Shown piece after piece: positions 1-7,598 of a DNA stretch of 64,000 nucleotides. The translations under genes and the position numbers were made by a program. The notes beneath the pieces were generated by a model that was given only the letters and a program-made list of their open reading frames with translations, was not told the origin of the DNA and made no database searches. The stretch comes from an uncultured Candidatus Binatia bacterium (lineage in GTDB: Bacteria; Desulfobacterota; Binatia; UBA9968; CAXXLF01), in NCBI GenBank assembly GCA_965218425.1, contig OZ244621.1, positions 2,464,001-2,528,000 of the forward strand, in the 5' to 3' direction. Numbering within the stretch: position 1 is the stretch's first letter; each line of letters begins with the position of its first letter.

Positions 1-846
1 CTGCAAAAGACCCAGCAGAGCTTGGGCGAGCGGCTTGACAGCGCGGCTCGAGTGGTGGGCAACGTACAGAAGAGTCTTGGTGGCCTGGAAGAGGCCAACC
101 GCAAGATCTATGACGTCGGAAAAGACATTGCGTCGTTGCAGGAGATTCTTCGAGCCCCAAAGCTGAGAGGCGGCTTCGGTGAATTCCTTCTGGGCGACCT
201 TTTAGGACAGATCCTTCCTGCCAATCACTATGAGACGCAGTATGCCTTCAGGAACGGAGAAAAGGTGGACGCGGTGATCAAGCTGGGAGGATCCTTTGTC
301 CCGGTGGATTCCAAATTTCCCCTGGAAAACTTCAAACGCATGATGAACGGGGGCTCGGACGACGAGAAAGGAAGGGCAAAAAAGCAGTTTGTGACCGACG
401 TCAAGAAACACATCGATGCCATTGCCAGCAAATACATCCTACCAGATGAGGACACCTACAATTTTGCCCTAATGTACATCCCCGCTGAAAACATCTATTA
501 CGAGACCATCATCAAAGACGACGCCTTTGGAGGGGACAAGAGCATCAGCCAGTATGCCTTGGGAAAGAGGGTCATCCCCGTCTCCCCCAACAGCTTTTAT
601 GCCTATCTTCAGGCCATCGTTTTGGGACTCAAGGGAATGAAGATCGAGGAGCGGACCAAAGAGATCCTGCAGTACCTGGGTCGGCTCAACGGTGACTTCT
701 CTAAATTCAAGGACGATTTCGAGCTGCTGGGCAAGCACCTGGGCCATGCCCAGTCCAGCTATCAGAACGCCGACAAGCGCCTCGACCAGTTCGCCCTGAA
801 GCTCGTTGCCGCAGAGGCGGATAAAAAAGAGCTTCCAGAATCCTGA
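1..846 (+). CDS. rmuC: DNA recombination protein RmuC (5'-truncated by window edge)
   Basis: Open frame from nt 1; motifs KLRGGFGE, VDSKFPLE, FALMYIPAE, VSPNSF typical of RmuC. Confidence 0.92.
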   Translation: MQKTQQSLGERLDSAARVVGNVQKSLGGLEEANRKIYDVGKDIASLQEILRAPKLRGGFGEFLLGDLLGQILPANHYETQYAFRNGEKVDAVIKLGGSFVPVDSKFPLENFKRMMNGGSDDEKGRAKKQFVTDVKKHIDAIASKYILPDEDTYNFALMYIPAENIYYETIIKDDAFGGDKSISQYALGKRVIPVSPNSFYAYLQAIVLGLKGMKIEERTKEILQYLGRLNGDFSKFKDDFELLGKHLGHAQSSYQNADKRLDQFALKLVAAEADKKELPES

Positions 847-850
847 ACCT

Positions 851-932
851 TTACCCTATCGTCCTGACCACGCGATCGTGTTTTCTTAAAACCTCTTGGC
901 CGATTCTTTAGCCTCTTTTTTCCGTTACCCGT
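851..932 (-). pseudogene. Decayed 3' fragment of the 82-aa gene at 6405-6653
   Basis: Manual alignment to 6405-6488 gives about 60/84 identical nt with an exact 15-mer TCCTGACCACGCGAT; with two 1-nt gaps it reads TGNGKKEAKESAKRFLRKHDRVVRTIG* vs TGPGEKETEEAAKKFLQEHYRVVRMIW*. Confidence 0.75.
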
Positions 933-1394
933 TGGTTGCGCCTGCACTGATTCATTCGAATCGCGCTGTTACCAATAAAGATTGCCTATCATAGCCAGTT
1001 GTCCATGGTGTTGACGTGGCGCTGAGTCTAGTGAACCGGCTCACCGTGGCAGGTCATCTTGCCCAATTGAAGGGGGCGACGCAGTCTCGTTCCTCTTTTG
1101 TCGCTTCCTGTCTTTGGAATCTGATGCGCCTACGATACCGTTGACGTTTGGTCGTACAAGTTTCACCGCATTCAAGTTCGATCTTAACTCGATTGTCATC
1201 CAATCCCCATAATCGGTTAACAAACGCTGGTCATAATAGATCCGTAAACTTGAGTATAATGGAAATGAGGCTCAATTTTAATCTTGATCTGATGCGCAAC
1301 CTTCACCCGCAAACACGGAACGCTCCGGACGTGAGTCCGGGAATGAACGTTCCGAGCTTCCCCCGCGGCAGGCGTGTAGGCGGACGGAAATAGT

Positions 1395-1434
1395 TGGAAA
1401 TGGGCCGGAAACCGGCTGAATTTTCCGGGGTATT
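1395..1434. repeat. ~40-bp repeat B, copy 1 (copy 2 at 3845-3884)
   Basis: TGGAAATGGGCCGGAAACCGGCTGAATTTT vs TGGAAACGGGCCGGAAACCAGCCGGATTTT. Confidence 0.65.
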
Positions 1435-1435
1435 T

Positions 1436-1555
1436 TGAAACCAGAACCGGCTCAGGCTTGCCCTCTTGCTATTTTGAGTTCCCTTCCCTTTCGGATTCCA
1501 GCTTGTATTGTACCCATTCTCTCTTGGAATGTCCTGTCCATTTGGACGCGGTCCA
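1436..1555 (-). mobile_element. IS3-family-like left end relic, copy 1 (repeat A)
   Basis: ~90% identical over ~97 nt to 3651-3747; minus strand begins TGGACCGCGTCCAAATGGACAGGACA, resembling IS3 terminal IRs. Confidence 0.55.
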
Positions 1556-1569
1556 CCAAAGCATGGATG

Positions 1570-1714
1570 CGATCCTTTCTCGTCAATGGCATTTAGCTGG
1601 GCGTATCGTTTGTGATGGTCTATCCCGACGTAAAGCATGGGGTCTTCTCCTTTCAGGTTTGATGGCCGCTGCAACCGCCATCCTGCTGGAGCTTGACCCC
1701 TTTTTCATGTTACC
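1570..1714 (-). mobile_element. IS110-family relic: structured left end plus first ~22 codons of the recombinase
   Basis: ATG at 1638 with RBS AAAGGAG gives MLYVGIDHHKRYAQLNAIDEKG (IS110 DEDD N-terminal GID motif); upstream stem GGGGTC...GACCCC; truncated. Confidence 0.75.
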
Positions 1715-1798
1715 TGACCCCAATTATCAGCGTTTGATAAGTCGCGCCCTTTTCAACCAAAGGAGGCCAACCAAGGCGGCGTTCCACTGAGCCTACCA

Positions 1799-2383
1799 CT
1801 ACCTTGCCGTCCACACCATCTGTATGTAATTGCGGGAGCTAACAAGATTAGTACAAAATTCAGCACCTCGTGTAGCGAGCGGCGCAAGCACACTTAAGAC
1901 GCACGCTTCAAAATTCTTTGAATGTATTTCCCACTTACTCCAATCGTAATATCTATTATCAACGAAATCCTTTCGATGCTCCTTCAAGAACTCATCCAAT
2001 GTTCCGTCGTGTTTTGTGCCTTTCCCTTTCAAACTTTCCCAACAATCGCGTGCTTCGCCTTGTGCCTTTTTTGCATCATTTATATCCTTAGCGTCGTCGG
2101 TCAGTGAAAAAAACAAGTCGTCTAACTCGTGCCTGTGATCGTAGGTGCCTTGATCACTCAGATTCCGTTTCAATGACTTCAGGGCAACTTCGATGGCAAA
2201 AGGAAACATCGTATATATAATGTGCGACAACCCAATAATTTCTTGTTCCCTCCCAGTTCGATTACCGATTGTAGAAATAGTGAGTGAACCGGCTGTCGTT
2301 CGTTGACTAACTTGATTTACCAGCCCCTTCAAAGCAACATATAACTCTAACGCCCTTAACCCATTCAATTTATCCTTACTCAT
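1799..2383 (-). CDS. Hypothetical protein, probable HEPN-fold domain
   Basis: 194-aa ORF in AT-rich segment; pattern FAIEVALK...H.L..LF..L...F...RY resembles HEPN (PF05168-like) proteins. Confidence 0.55.
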   Translation of the reverse strand: MSKDKLNGLRALELYVALKGLVNQVSQRTTAGSLTISTIGNRTGREQEIIGLSHIIYTMFPFAIEVALKSLKRNLSDQGTYDHRHELDDLFFSLTDDAKDINDAKKAQGEARDCWESLKGKGTKHDGTLDEFLKEHRKDFVDNRYYDWSKWEIHSKNFEACVLSVLAPLATRGAEFCTNLVSSRNYIQMVWTAR

Positions 2384-2552
2384 AACCTAACTCACTGTGT
2401 AATTTGGTATATAATTCCCATAAGAAGTCCCCAAAATTCCAAAAAAAATCCACCAGTTCAAACTGAGGCAGTACCCTCGAAGCCGATCCGTCGGACTGCT
2501 CTCAGCGCGTGTCCGGCAGTGTGTCAAGTTCCTCAATTCGAGCGGACAGCAC

Positions 2553-2885
2553 TTACTCAGCCACAGGCCGTTCCAGAGCATCCTTCAGCAAGGGGAGGTC
2601 GTCCTGAATGGTAAGCCATACGTACTCCAAATCAAGCTGGTAGTAATCGTGTACCGCGCGGTCACGGAACCCCGCGATCTGTCTCCACGGAAGGGAGACA
2701 CGCTCCTTGAATTCATCCGACAATCGCTTCGACAGCTCGCCGATCACAGCAAGCTGCATGATGACTGCGCTCTGCACGACTTCGCTAGCGATAAATGCGT
2801 CCTTGTCGAGGCCCGCTACAAAGCGCTCGATCTTTGCGACTGCGTCCACGATCTGCTGCCGGTAGACATCATCGGACTTCTTCAT
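2553..2885 (-). CDS. hepT: HepT-like (DUF86/HEPN) ribonuclease toxin
   Basis: IGELSK, PWRQIAGFRDRAVHDY (Rx4H), VW.TIQ.DLP.L motifs; overlaps upstream MNT gene. Confidence 0.9.
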   Translation of the reverse strand: MKKSDDVYRQQIVDAVAKIERFVAGLDKDAFIASEVVQSAVIMQLAVIGELSKRLSDEFKERVSLPWRQIAGFRDRAVHDYYQLDLEYVWLTIQDDLPLLKDALERPVAE

Positions 2886-3162
2886 AGACGGTTTGGAGTT
2901 CCCGGAGGGCGAAGGGCTTCACGTGGAGATTCAGGCTGTTCCTGGTAACGAGGTCCACCTTGCATCCGAGTGCGGTCTCGAGTTCGTCGTTCAACGCAAA
3001 GAATTTGAGCAGACTCACCGGTTGCTTGAGATCGACGAGGACATCAACATCACTCTCCGGCCTATCCTCGCCGCGGGCGACAGATCCAAAGACACCGGCG
3101 TATTGCACGCCGTTGCGTTCGAGGATCGGGGCCGCTTTCTGCCTGATTTCATTGAGGGTCAT
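2869..3162 (-). CDS. mntA: Minimal nucleotidyltransferase antitoxin (MntA-like)
   Basis: FGSVARGEDRPESDVDVLV (GSx10DxD) and KVDLVT; paired with DUF86 gene. Confidence 0.9.
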   Translation of the reverse strand: MTLNEIRQKAAPILERNGVQYAGVFGSVARGEDRPESDVDVLVDLKQPVSLLKFFALNDELETALGCKVDLVTRNSLNLHVKPFALRELQTVYEEVR

Positions 3163-3311
3163 GTCCTTAAGTATATACGATCAATGGCAGGATTTGACAA
3201 GTTCCCGGATTCCCGCAAGACAGGACTATCCCGCGCCCTGAGTTTCCGTGGGCAGACCAAAGGCCGAGGGTGCGTGGTCAGAGGCTTGATCCCTGCCGGT
3301 GTTTGCCGCCG

Positions 3312-3398
3312 GCGGCAGGCTTCGCTGCCGTTGTACAGCTCGGTCGCCAGTTGTAGCAGACTGAGCTTCCTTCGTACAGCTTTCTTGGTAGTTGTCAT
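3312..3398 (-). pseudogene. IS481-family transposase N-terminal fragment
   Basis: MTTTKKAVRRKLSLLQLATELYNGSEACR matches the IS481 N-terminal pattern (KLSLL.LA.EL.NVS.AC); RBS CAGGAGG; truncated. Confidence 0.7.
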
Positions 3399-3597
3399 TT
3401 GATCCCTCCTGTTCAGGTTTGTTTTTGGTCATCCAAACCCTAGCAGGAGCGCATGGCCGCTGATCTTCCCTCGAATGTTGTACCACTTTCTAAGTTAGAA
3501 GTTGGGCCGTTTTCGGCGGTGGCAGGTCAGTTGGGATTTGGCCGACAGAGGGTTCTGGCAGTGGTTAGGGAAAGCAGCTCCCCTGGCTCGACAAAGC

Positions 3598-3747
3598 GCG
3601 TCCTTACGACGAGCCTGGCTATTGCAGCTATAAAACCGAAACCAGTGTCCGGCTTGCCTTTTTGCTATTTGGGTTCCCTTCCCCTTCGGATTCCGGCTTG
3701 TATTATACCAATTCTCTTTTGGAATGTCCTGTCCATTTGGACGCGGT
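3598..3747 (-). mobile_element. IS3-family-like left end relic, copy 2, with degenerate OrfA start
   Basis: Direct-orientation copy of 1455-1552; carries TGGTATAAT; downstream reads GFIAAIARLVVR, similar to IS3 OrfA EFKAEAARLVV. Confidence 0.5.
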
Positions 3748-3844
3748 GTTCTAATTGGCCCAACCCACGGCTCATCACCCCAGCATCACGGCTTGAATAT
3801 CGGTTAAGCGAACGAAAATAATTGGAAAATCCGACAAAATCAGA

Positions 3845-3884
3845 TGGAAACGGGCCGGAAACCAGCCGGATTTTAAGGGGCGTT
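3845..3884. repeat. ~40-bp repeat B, copy 2
   Basis: Similar to 1395-1434. Confidence 0.65.
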
Positions 3885-4091
3885 CAGGGCTCGAAAAACG
3901 GCCCTGAAAGGGCCGTTAAATCGAAACCGGGGCGCGAAAGGTCGAACACCTTGAATACGGCGTTTTTCAAGCGACCCCTATGATGCGTCCTCCAACCTTC
4001 CATAGAGGATTGACTCGAGGCGCTCAATTCGAGTAACCTACTCTCGCCGGGGACGGATATGGCCACAGGTCGCTCCCGAAAGGAGAATCGG

Positions 4092-5111
4092 ATGAAGTGT
4101 AAACCAGGGATAGTAATCGCGGTTGTGATTTCATTGCTCACGGCACAGGCAGGCTTCGCAGGCGAGAAAGAACCGGCCAAGGCAAAGGCTTTTTACAACG
4201 GCAAGACCATCAATTGGATGATCGGGTCGTCACCGGGAGGATCCGTGGACGGAACGTCCCGGCTGACCGCGCCTTTCTTCGAAAAGTATACGGGCGCTAA
4301 AATCGTGCTTCAGAACCGGCCCGCGGGCAGCGGCGTGGGCATGTTCAATCATCTCTATAACAGGACCCGACCGGACGGATTGACCGTGGGTTGGCATCTC
4401 GGCTCGACTCAAACGCTGAGCAGGGTTTCGGGGCGAGCGGGTATTCAATACGATCTGGAGAAATTGCACTGGATCGGCGTGGTCGCTCCCACGGAAAACA
4501 CCCTTCTCGCTTATAAGCCGAGGTTCAAATCGCTGCAGGATCTGAAGCGAGCCGATAAACCCCTTCAATGGGGCCTGACTCGCTTGGGCGGCAACAATTA
4601 TTTTATCGGTCTCACACTACGCGAGGTGTTGGGCCTCAACGTGAGGTTCGTTCCCGGCTACCGGGGCAGCGCCTCGGTGCGGCAGGCCCTGATGAGCGGA
4701 GAGGTGGACGTGGCCGCCTATGGGGCGAACCTCTACGCCGCAGCCATCAAAGACGGGTTGGTCGTGCCGTTATTGCACATCGGACAAAGGCGAGCCCCTG
4801 CGGCGCCTGATACGCCCACGCTCTATGAAACCGTCAAGAATATTCCTCAGCCGTTGGACAGCTGGATCAGAATCGGGGAAGTAGGCTACTTTATGGCAAC
4901 CAATCCAGGGGTGCCGAAGGAAAGAGTCGAGTTCCTCAGGTGGGCGTTAAGGCAAGTCACACGGGATCGCGAGTTCACGAATCAGGCCAAGAAAAAAGGA
5001 TATGTAATCGGTTACCTTTCGCCGGATGAGGCGTTTCCCATCGTGCGAAAACTCCTGCACCCGTCCCAGAAAGACCGGGAAAAACTTGACCGGATGCTGA
5101 AAGGCGAGTAG
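4092..5111 (+). CDS. Tripartite tricarboxylate transporter substrate-binding protein (Bug/TctC family)
   Basis: Signal peptide; FYNGKTI, SPGGSVD..SR, N.P.GSG, PDGLT, GY.GSA..QAL..GEVD motifs; RBS AAGGAG. Confidence 0.88.
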   Translation: MKCKPGIVIAVVISLLTAQAGFAGEKEPAKAKAFYNGKTINWMIGSSPGGSVDGTSRLTAPFFEKYTGAKIVLQNRPAGSGVGMFNHLYNRTRPDGLTVGWHLGSTQTLSRVSGRAGIQYDLEKLHWIGVVAPTENTLLAYKPRFKSLQDLKRADKPLQWGLTRLGGNNYFIGLTLREVLGLNVRFVPGYRGSASVRQALMSGEVDVAAYGANLYAAAIKDGLVVPLLHIGQRRAPAAPDTPTLYETVKNIPQPLDSWIRIGEVGYFMATNPGVPKERVEFLRWALRQVTRDREFTNQAKKKGYVIGYLSPDEAFPIVRKLLHPSQKDREKLDRMLKGE

Positions 5112-5178
5112 GAACCGCCGCCGATATACACTCTTGCCGATCCAGATCTCATGGGCCGCCGGGGGGTAATCAGAACGC

Positions 5179-5922
5179 TCAGTCTTCAGACTTTTTTCGA
5201 ACCAGGACCCGCACGTGACCCTCTTCGCTCGTTGCGCGCTTATCCAGGTCAAAGAGCTGCGTGGCTTCTATGAGCCCGCTCAGCTTCGCATAGCCGTAAT
5301 TACGGGAATCGAAGTCGGAAAACCGCTGCGCGATCCGGTTTGCGACCGTTCCATGATCAGCCCAGCCTGACTCGTCCGCGGCGGCTTCGACAACGGAGCT
5401 GAGCAGTCCGATCAGCTTCGAATCGCGTTTCAGCTGGTCCGTGGTCTTTCGGCGGGTCTCGGGTTGCGATTTATCGGGCTGGACGAGAATCTCCGTGAAT
5501 ATGAACTTGTCGCATGCGGACACGAAGGCGCGCGGTGTCTTGTTCTCGCCAAATCCGTAAACGCGAAGCCCTTCTTCCCGAATTCGAGAGGCGAGCCTGG
5601 TAAAGTCGCTGTCGCTCGATACAAGGCAGAACCCCTGGAACCGCCGTGAGTATAGAAGGTCCATGGCGTCGATAATCATCGCGCTGTCGGTGGAGTTCTT
5701 GCCAACCGTATATCGAAATTGCTGGACGGGTTGTATCGCATGGCCAAGCAACACGTGTTTCCACGAGTTCAGCTGAGGCTGGGTCCAGTCGCCGTAGACC
5801 CGACTGACCAATGGAACCCCGTAATTCGATATCTCCGAGATCAGGCCCGTTACAATGCCGGGCGACGCGTTATCCGCGTCTATCAGCACTGCCAGCTTAT
5901 CCGGCATAGCTTCCTGCTCCAT
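5179..5922 (-). CDS. NYN domain protein with C-terminal OST-HTH/LOTUS domain
   Basis: LAVLIDADN, GKNSTDSAMIIDAMD, LVSSDSDFT, FDSRNYGYAKL motifs. Confidence 0.92.
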   Translation of the reverse strand: MEQEAMPDKLAVLIDADNASPGIVTGLISEISNYGVPLVSRVYGDWTQPQLNSWKHVLLGHAIQPVQQFRYTVGKNSTDSAMIIDAMDLLYSRRFQGFCLVSSDSDFTRLASRIREEGLRVYGFGENKTPRAFVSACDKFIFTEILVQPDKSQPETRRKTTDQLKRDSKLIGLLSSVVEAAADESGWADHGTVANRIAQRFSDFDSRNYGYAKLSGLIEATQLFDLDKRATSEEGHVRVLVRKKSED

Positions 5923-6404
5923 GGTAAATTCCTAAACGCGGGGGTCAGGTCCGGCCGAACTGTTGCCCAAACGCCGGTTAAATAGCACAATAGACCCAAC
6001 GAACTATAACGCGCCGTGTTTCAACACTACCCCGAACGCTAGGCCATGAACGATAAGACCGCCGCCATGGACCTGGACGAGTTATATGCCACATTCCTCC
6101 ACATATCTCCCGAGGGGGTCGAGGCCGCCAAGGCTGCTCGAAAAGAAGCCGGCCGGAGACGAAAATAGACTCCCAAAACACCCCCCTGAAACGGCCTTTA
6201 GAGGCCGGTTGTCGACAGTTTCAGGCAAAATTCTTTTTATTTCTTTTTTTTGGGCTTTCGAGACCGGGAGGGGGTTCAAACACTTGGAAAACAAGGCCTT
6301 CAATCCGGTTTATTCCGCCTGGTTTCGGATGATTCCATTTCCGGATATCTCTGTCTCCTCACAAAGCGCCCGAAAGCCATGGACGCAAGTCCGTGGCTCG
6401 GGGT

Positions 6405-6653
6405 TCACCAAATCATCCTGACCACGCGATAGTGTTCCTGCAAGAACTTCTTGGCGGCCTCTTCGGTCTCTTTTTCGCCGGGGCCGGTGAAGCGGTGGGG
6501 GATGCCTTCCCGGCCCAACAGCATACAGGTGTTATCGAGGGGCCGGCCGGTGTTGAAGAGGATATAGCCGGCCCAGGTGTTTTTTTCCCGCACCGTCTTG
6601 ATCTCCACCCGGGCGACTCCCTTGAGTGAGGGGACCTCAACTTCGAACTTCAT
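6405..6653 (-). CDS. Small hypothetical protein (82 aa)
   Basis: GC-rich third positions, protein-like composition, and a codon-aligned paralogous fragment at 851-932. Confidence 0.7.
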   Translation of the reverse strand: MKFEVEVPSLKGVARVEIKTVREKNTWAGYILFNTGRPLDNTCMLLGREGIPHRFTGPGEKETEEAAKKFLQEHYRVVRMIW

Positions 6654-6848
6654 GGCAAGACAACAACTAATGCGCTTCACGAGGTAAGTCAAGGTCGGAT
6701 TCATACCCGCCCCGGCGGATTCATTATTTCTGCAACTGAGTCTTGAACGATATTCGCTCAAAATTTGACAGCGAAAAATCATTGTGATCTACTCCCCACG
6801 TCCCGGCTTGAGATATCGAAATCCCCCCGCGCAAAGGAGGTTCGGACC

Positions 6849-7556
6849 GTGCCCTGGATCAAAATCATTCGGGAACGCGAGTCGGAGGGCGAGCTGAAGG
6901 AAGCCTATGAGAAGATGCGTGAAGTGAACCTCTCCTATGGGGAGACCTTCGGCAGCTCCGGCAACGCGGCCCCGGGACCCCATCCCGTGTCGCCACCCGA
7001 GCTTTCCAGCTTGAACCCGTTGTCCATGCTCTATGGGCGCCAGCTGATGATGCACGTCATGCGCGGGCCGTCGCGCCTCACGCCGGCGCAGCGGGAGATG
7101 ATCGCCACCGTAACCTCGTTGACGGCCAACTGCCGCTATTGAACGGTGGGTCACGCAGGGGCCCTGCGTAGAGTGGGTGGAGATGATCTCACGGCGGAGT
7201 TTATTCAAAACGACTGGCGCAAGGCAGAGCTCACGGAAGCCGAATACGCCATGCTGGAGTGGGCGGCGAAGCTGACCCTTTCACCCGCCATGATGACAGA
7301 GAAGGACATTCAAAAGCTCAGGGACGTGGGCTGGACGGACCGGGACATTCTCGACATCGCCTCGGTGAGTGCTTACTTTAACTTTCGGCTGCGGATGGTG
7401 GATGGTCTGGGATTGGACGTGGCGGATGAGAACGCGGTGCGGGCCACGCAGGCGCGGCATCATGCGGCGGCCATGGCCAAGGAGCGAGGTTTGGCGCTGC
7501 CCAATGACGTCTGGGGTGTGGGGGAACAGGCGAAAAAGGCCAAGACAAAGGCTTGA
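6849..7556 (+). CDS. AhpD/carboxymuconolactone-decarboxylase-like peroxidase-related protein, probable selenoprotein (Sec at UGA 7140-7142)
   Basis: GTG start after AAGGAGG; frame continues across one TGA: REMIATVTSLTANCRY-U-TVGHAGAL (CxxU in place of AhpD CxxC..H); 3' half has KLT..P, D...LR.VG, AYFNF..R. Confidence 0.85.
7151..7172 (+). promoter_or_regulatory. Putative bacterial SECIS hairpin
   Basis: ACGCAGG-GGC-CCTGCGT stem-loop (7153-7169) starting at +11 after the UGA, G-rich apical loop. Confidence 0.65.
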
Positions 7557-7598
7557 GCCGGGCAGCGGTGGGTTGCCCATGGACAGGAGGACCGCCCG

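Noticed and set aside
1041..1300. Short AT-rich ORF fragments
   Set aside because: No recognisable family, start or RBS; probably decayed cargo
6082..6303. 73-aa minus-strand ORF and AGGCTGCTCGAAAA motif at 6131-6144
   Set aside because: ORF looks non-coding; the motif (and TTTTTCAAGCGACCCC at 3963-3978) resembles IS5/IS1182-type ends, but without a transposase no call is supportable
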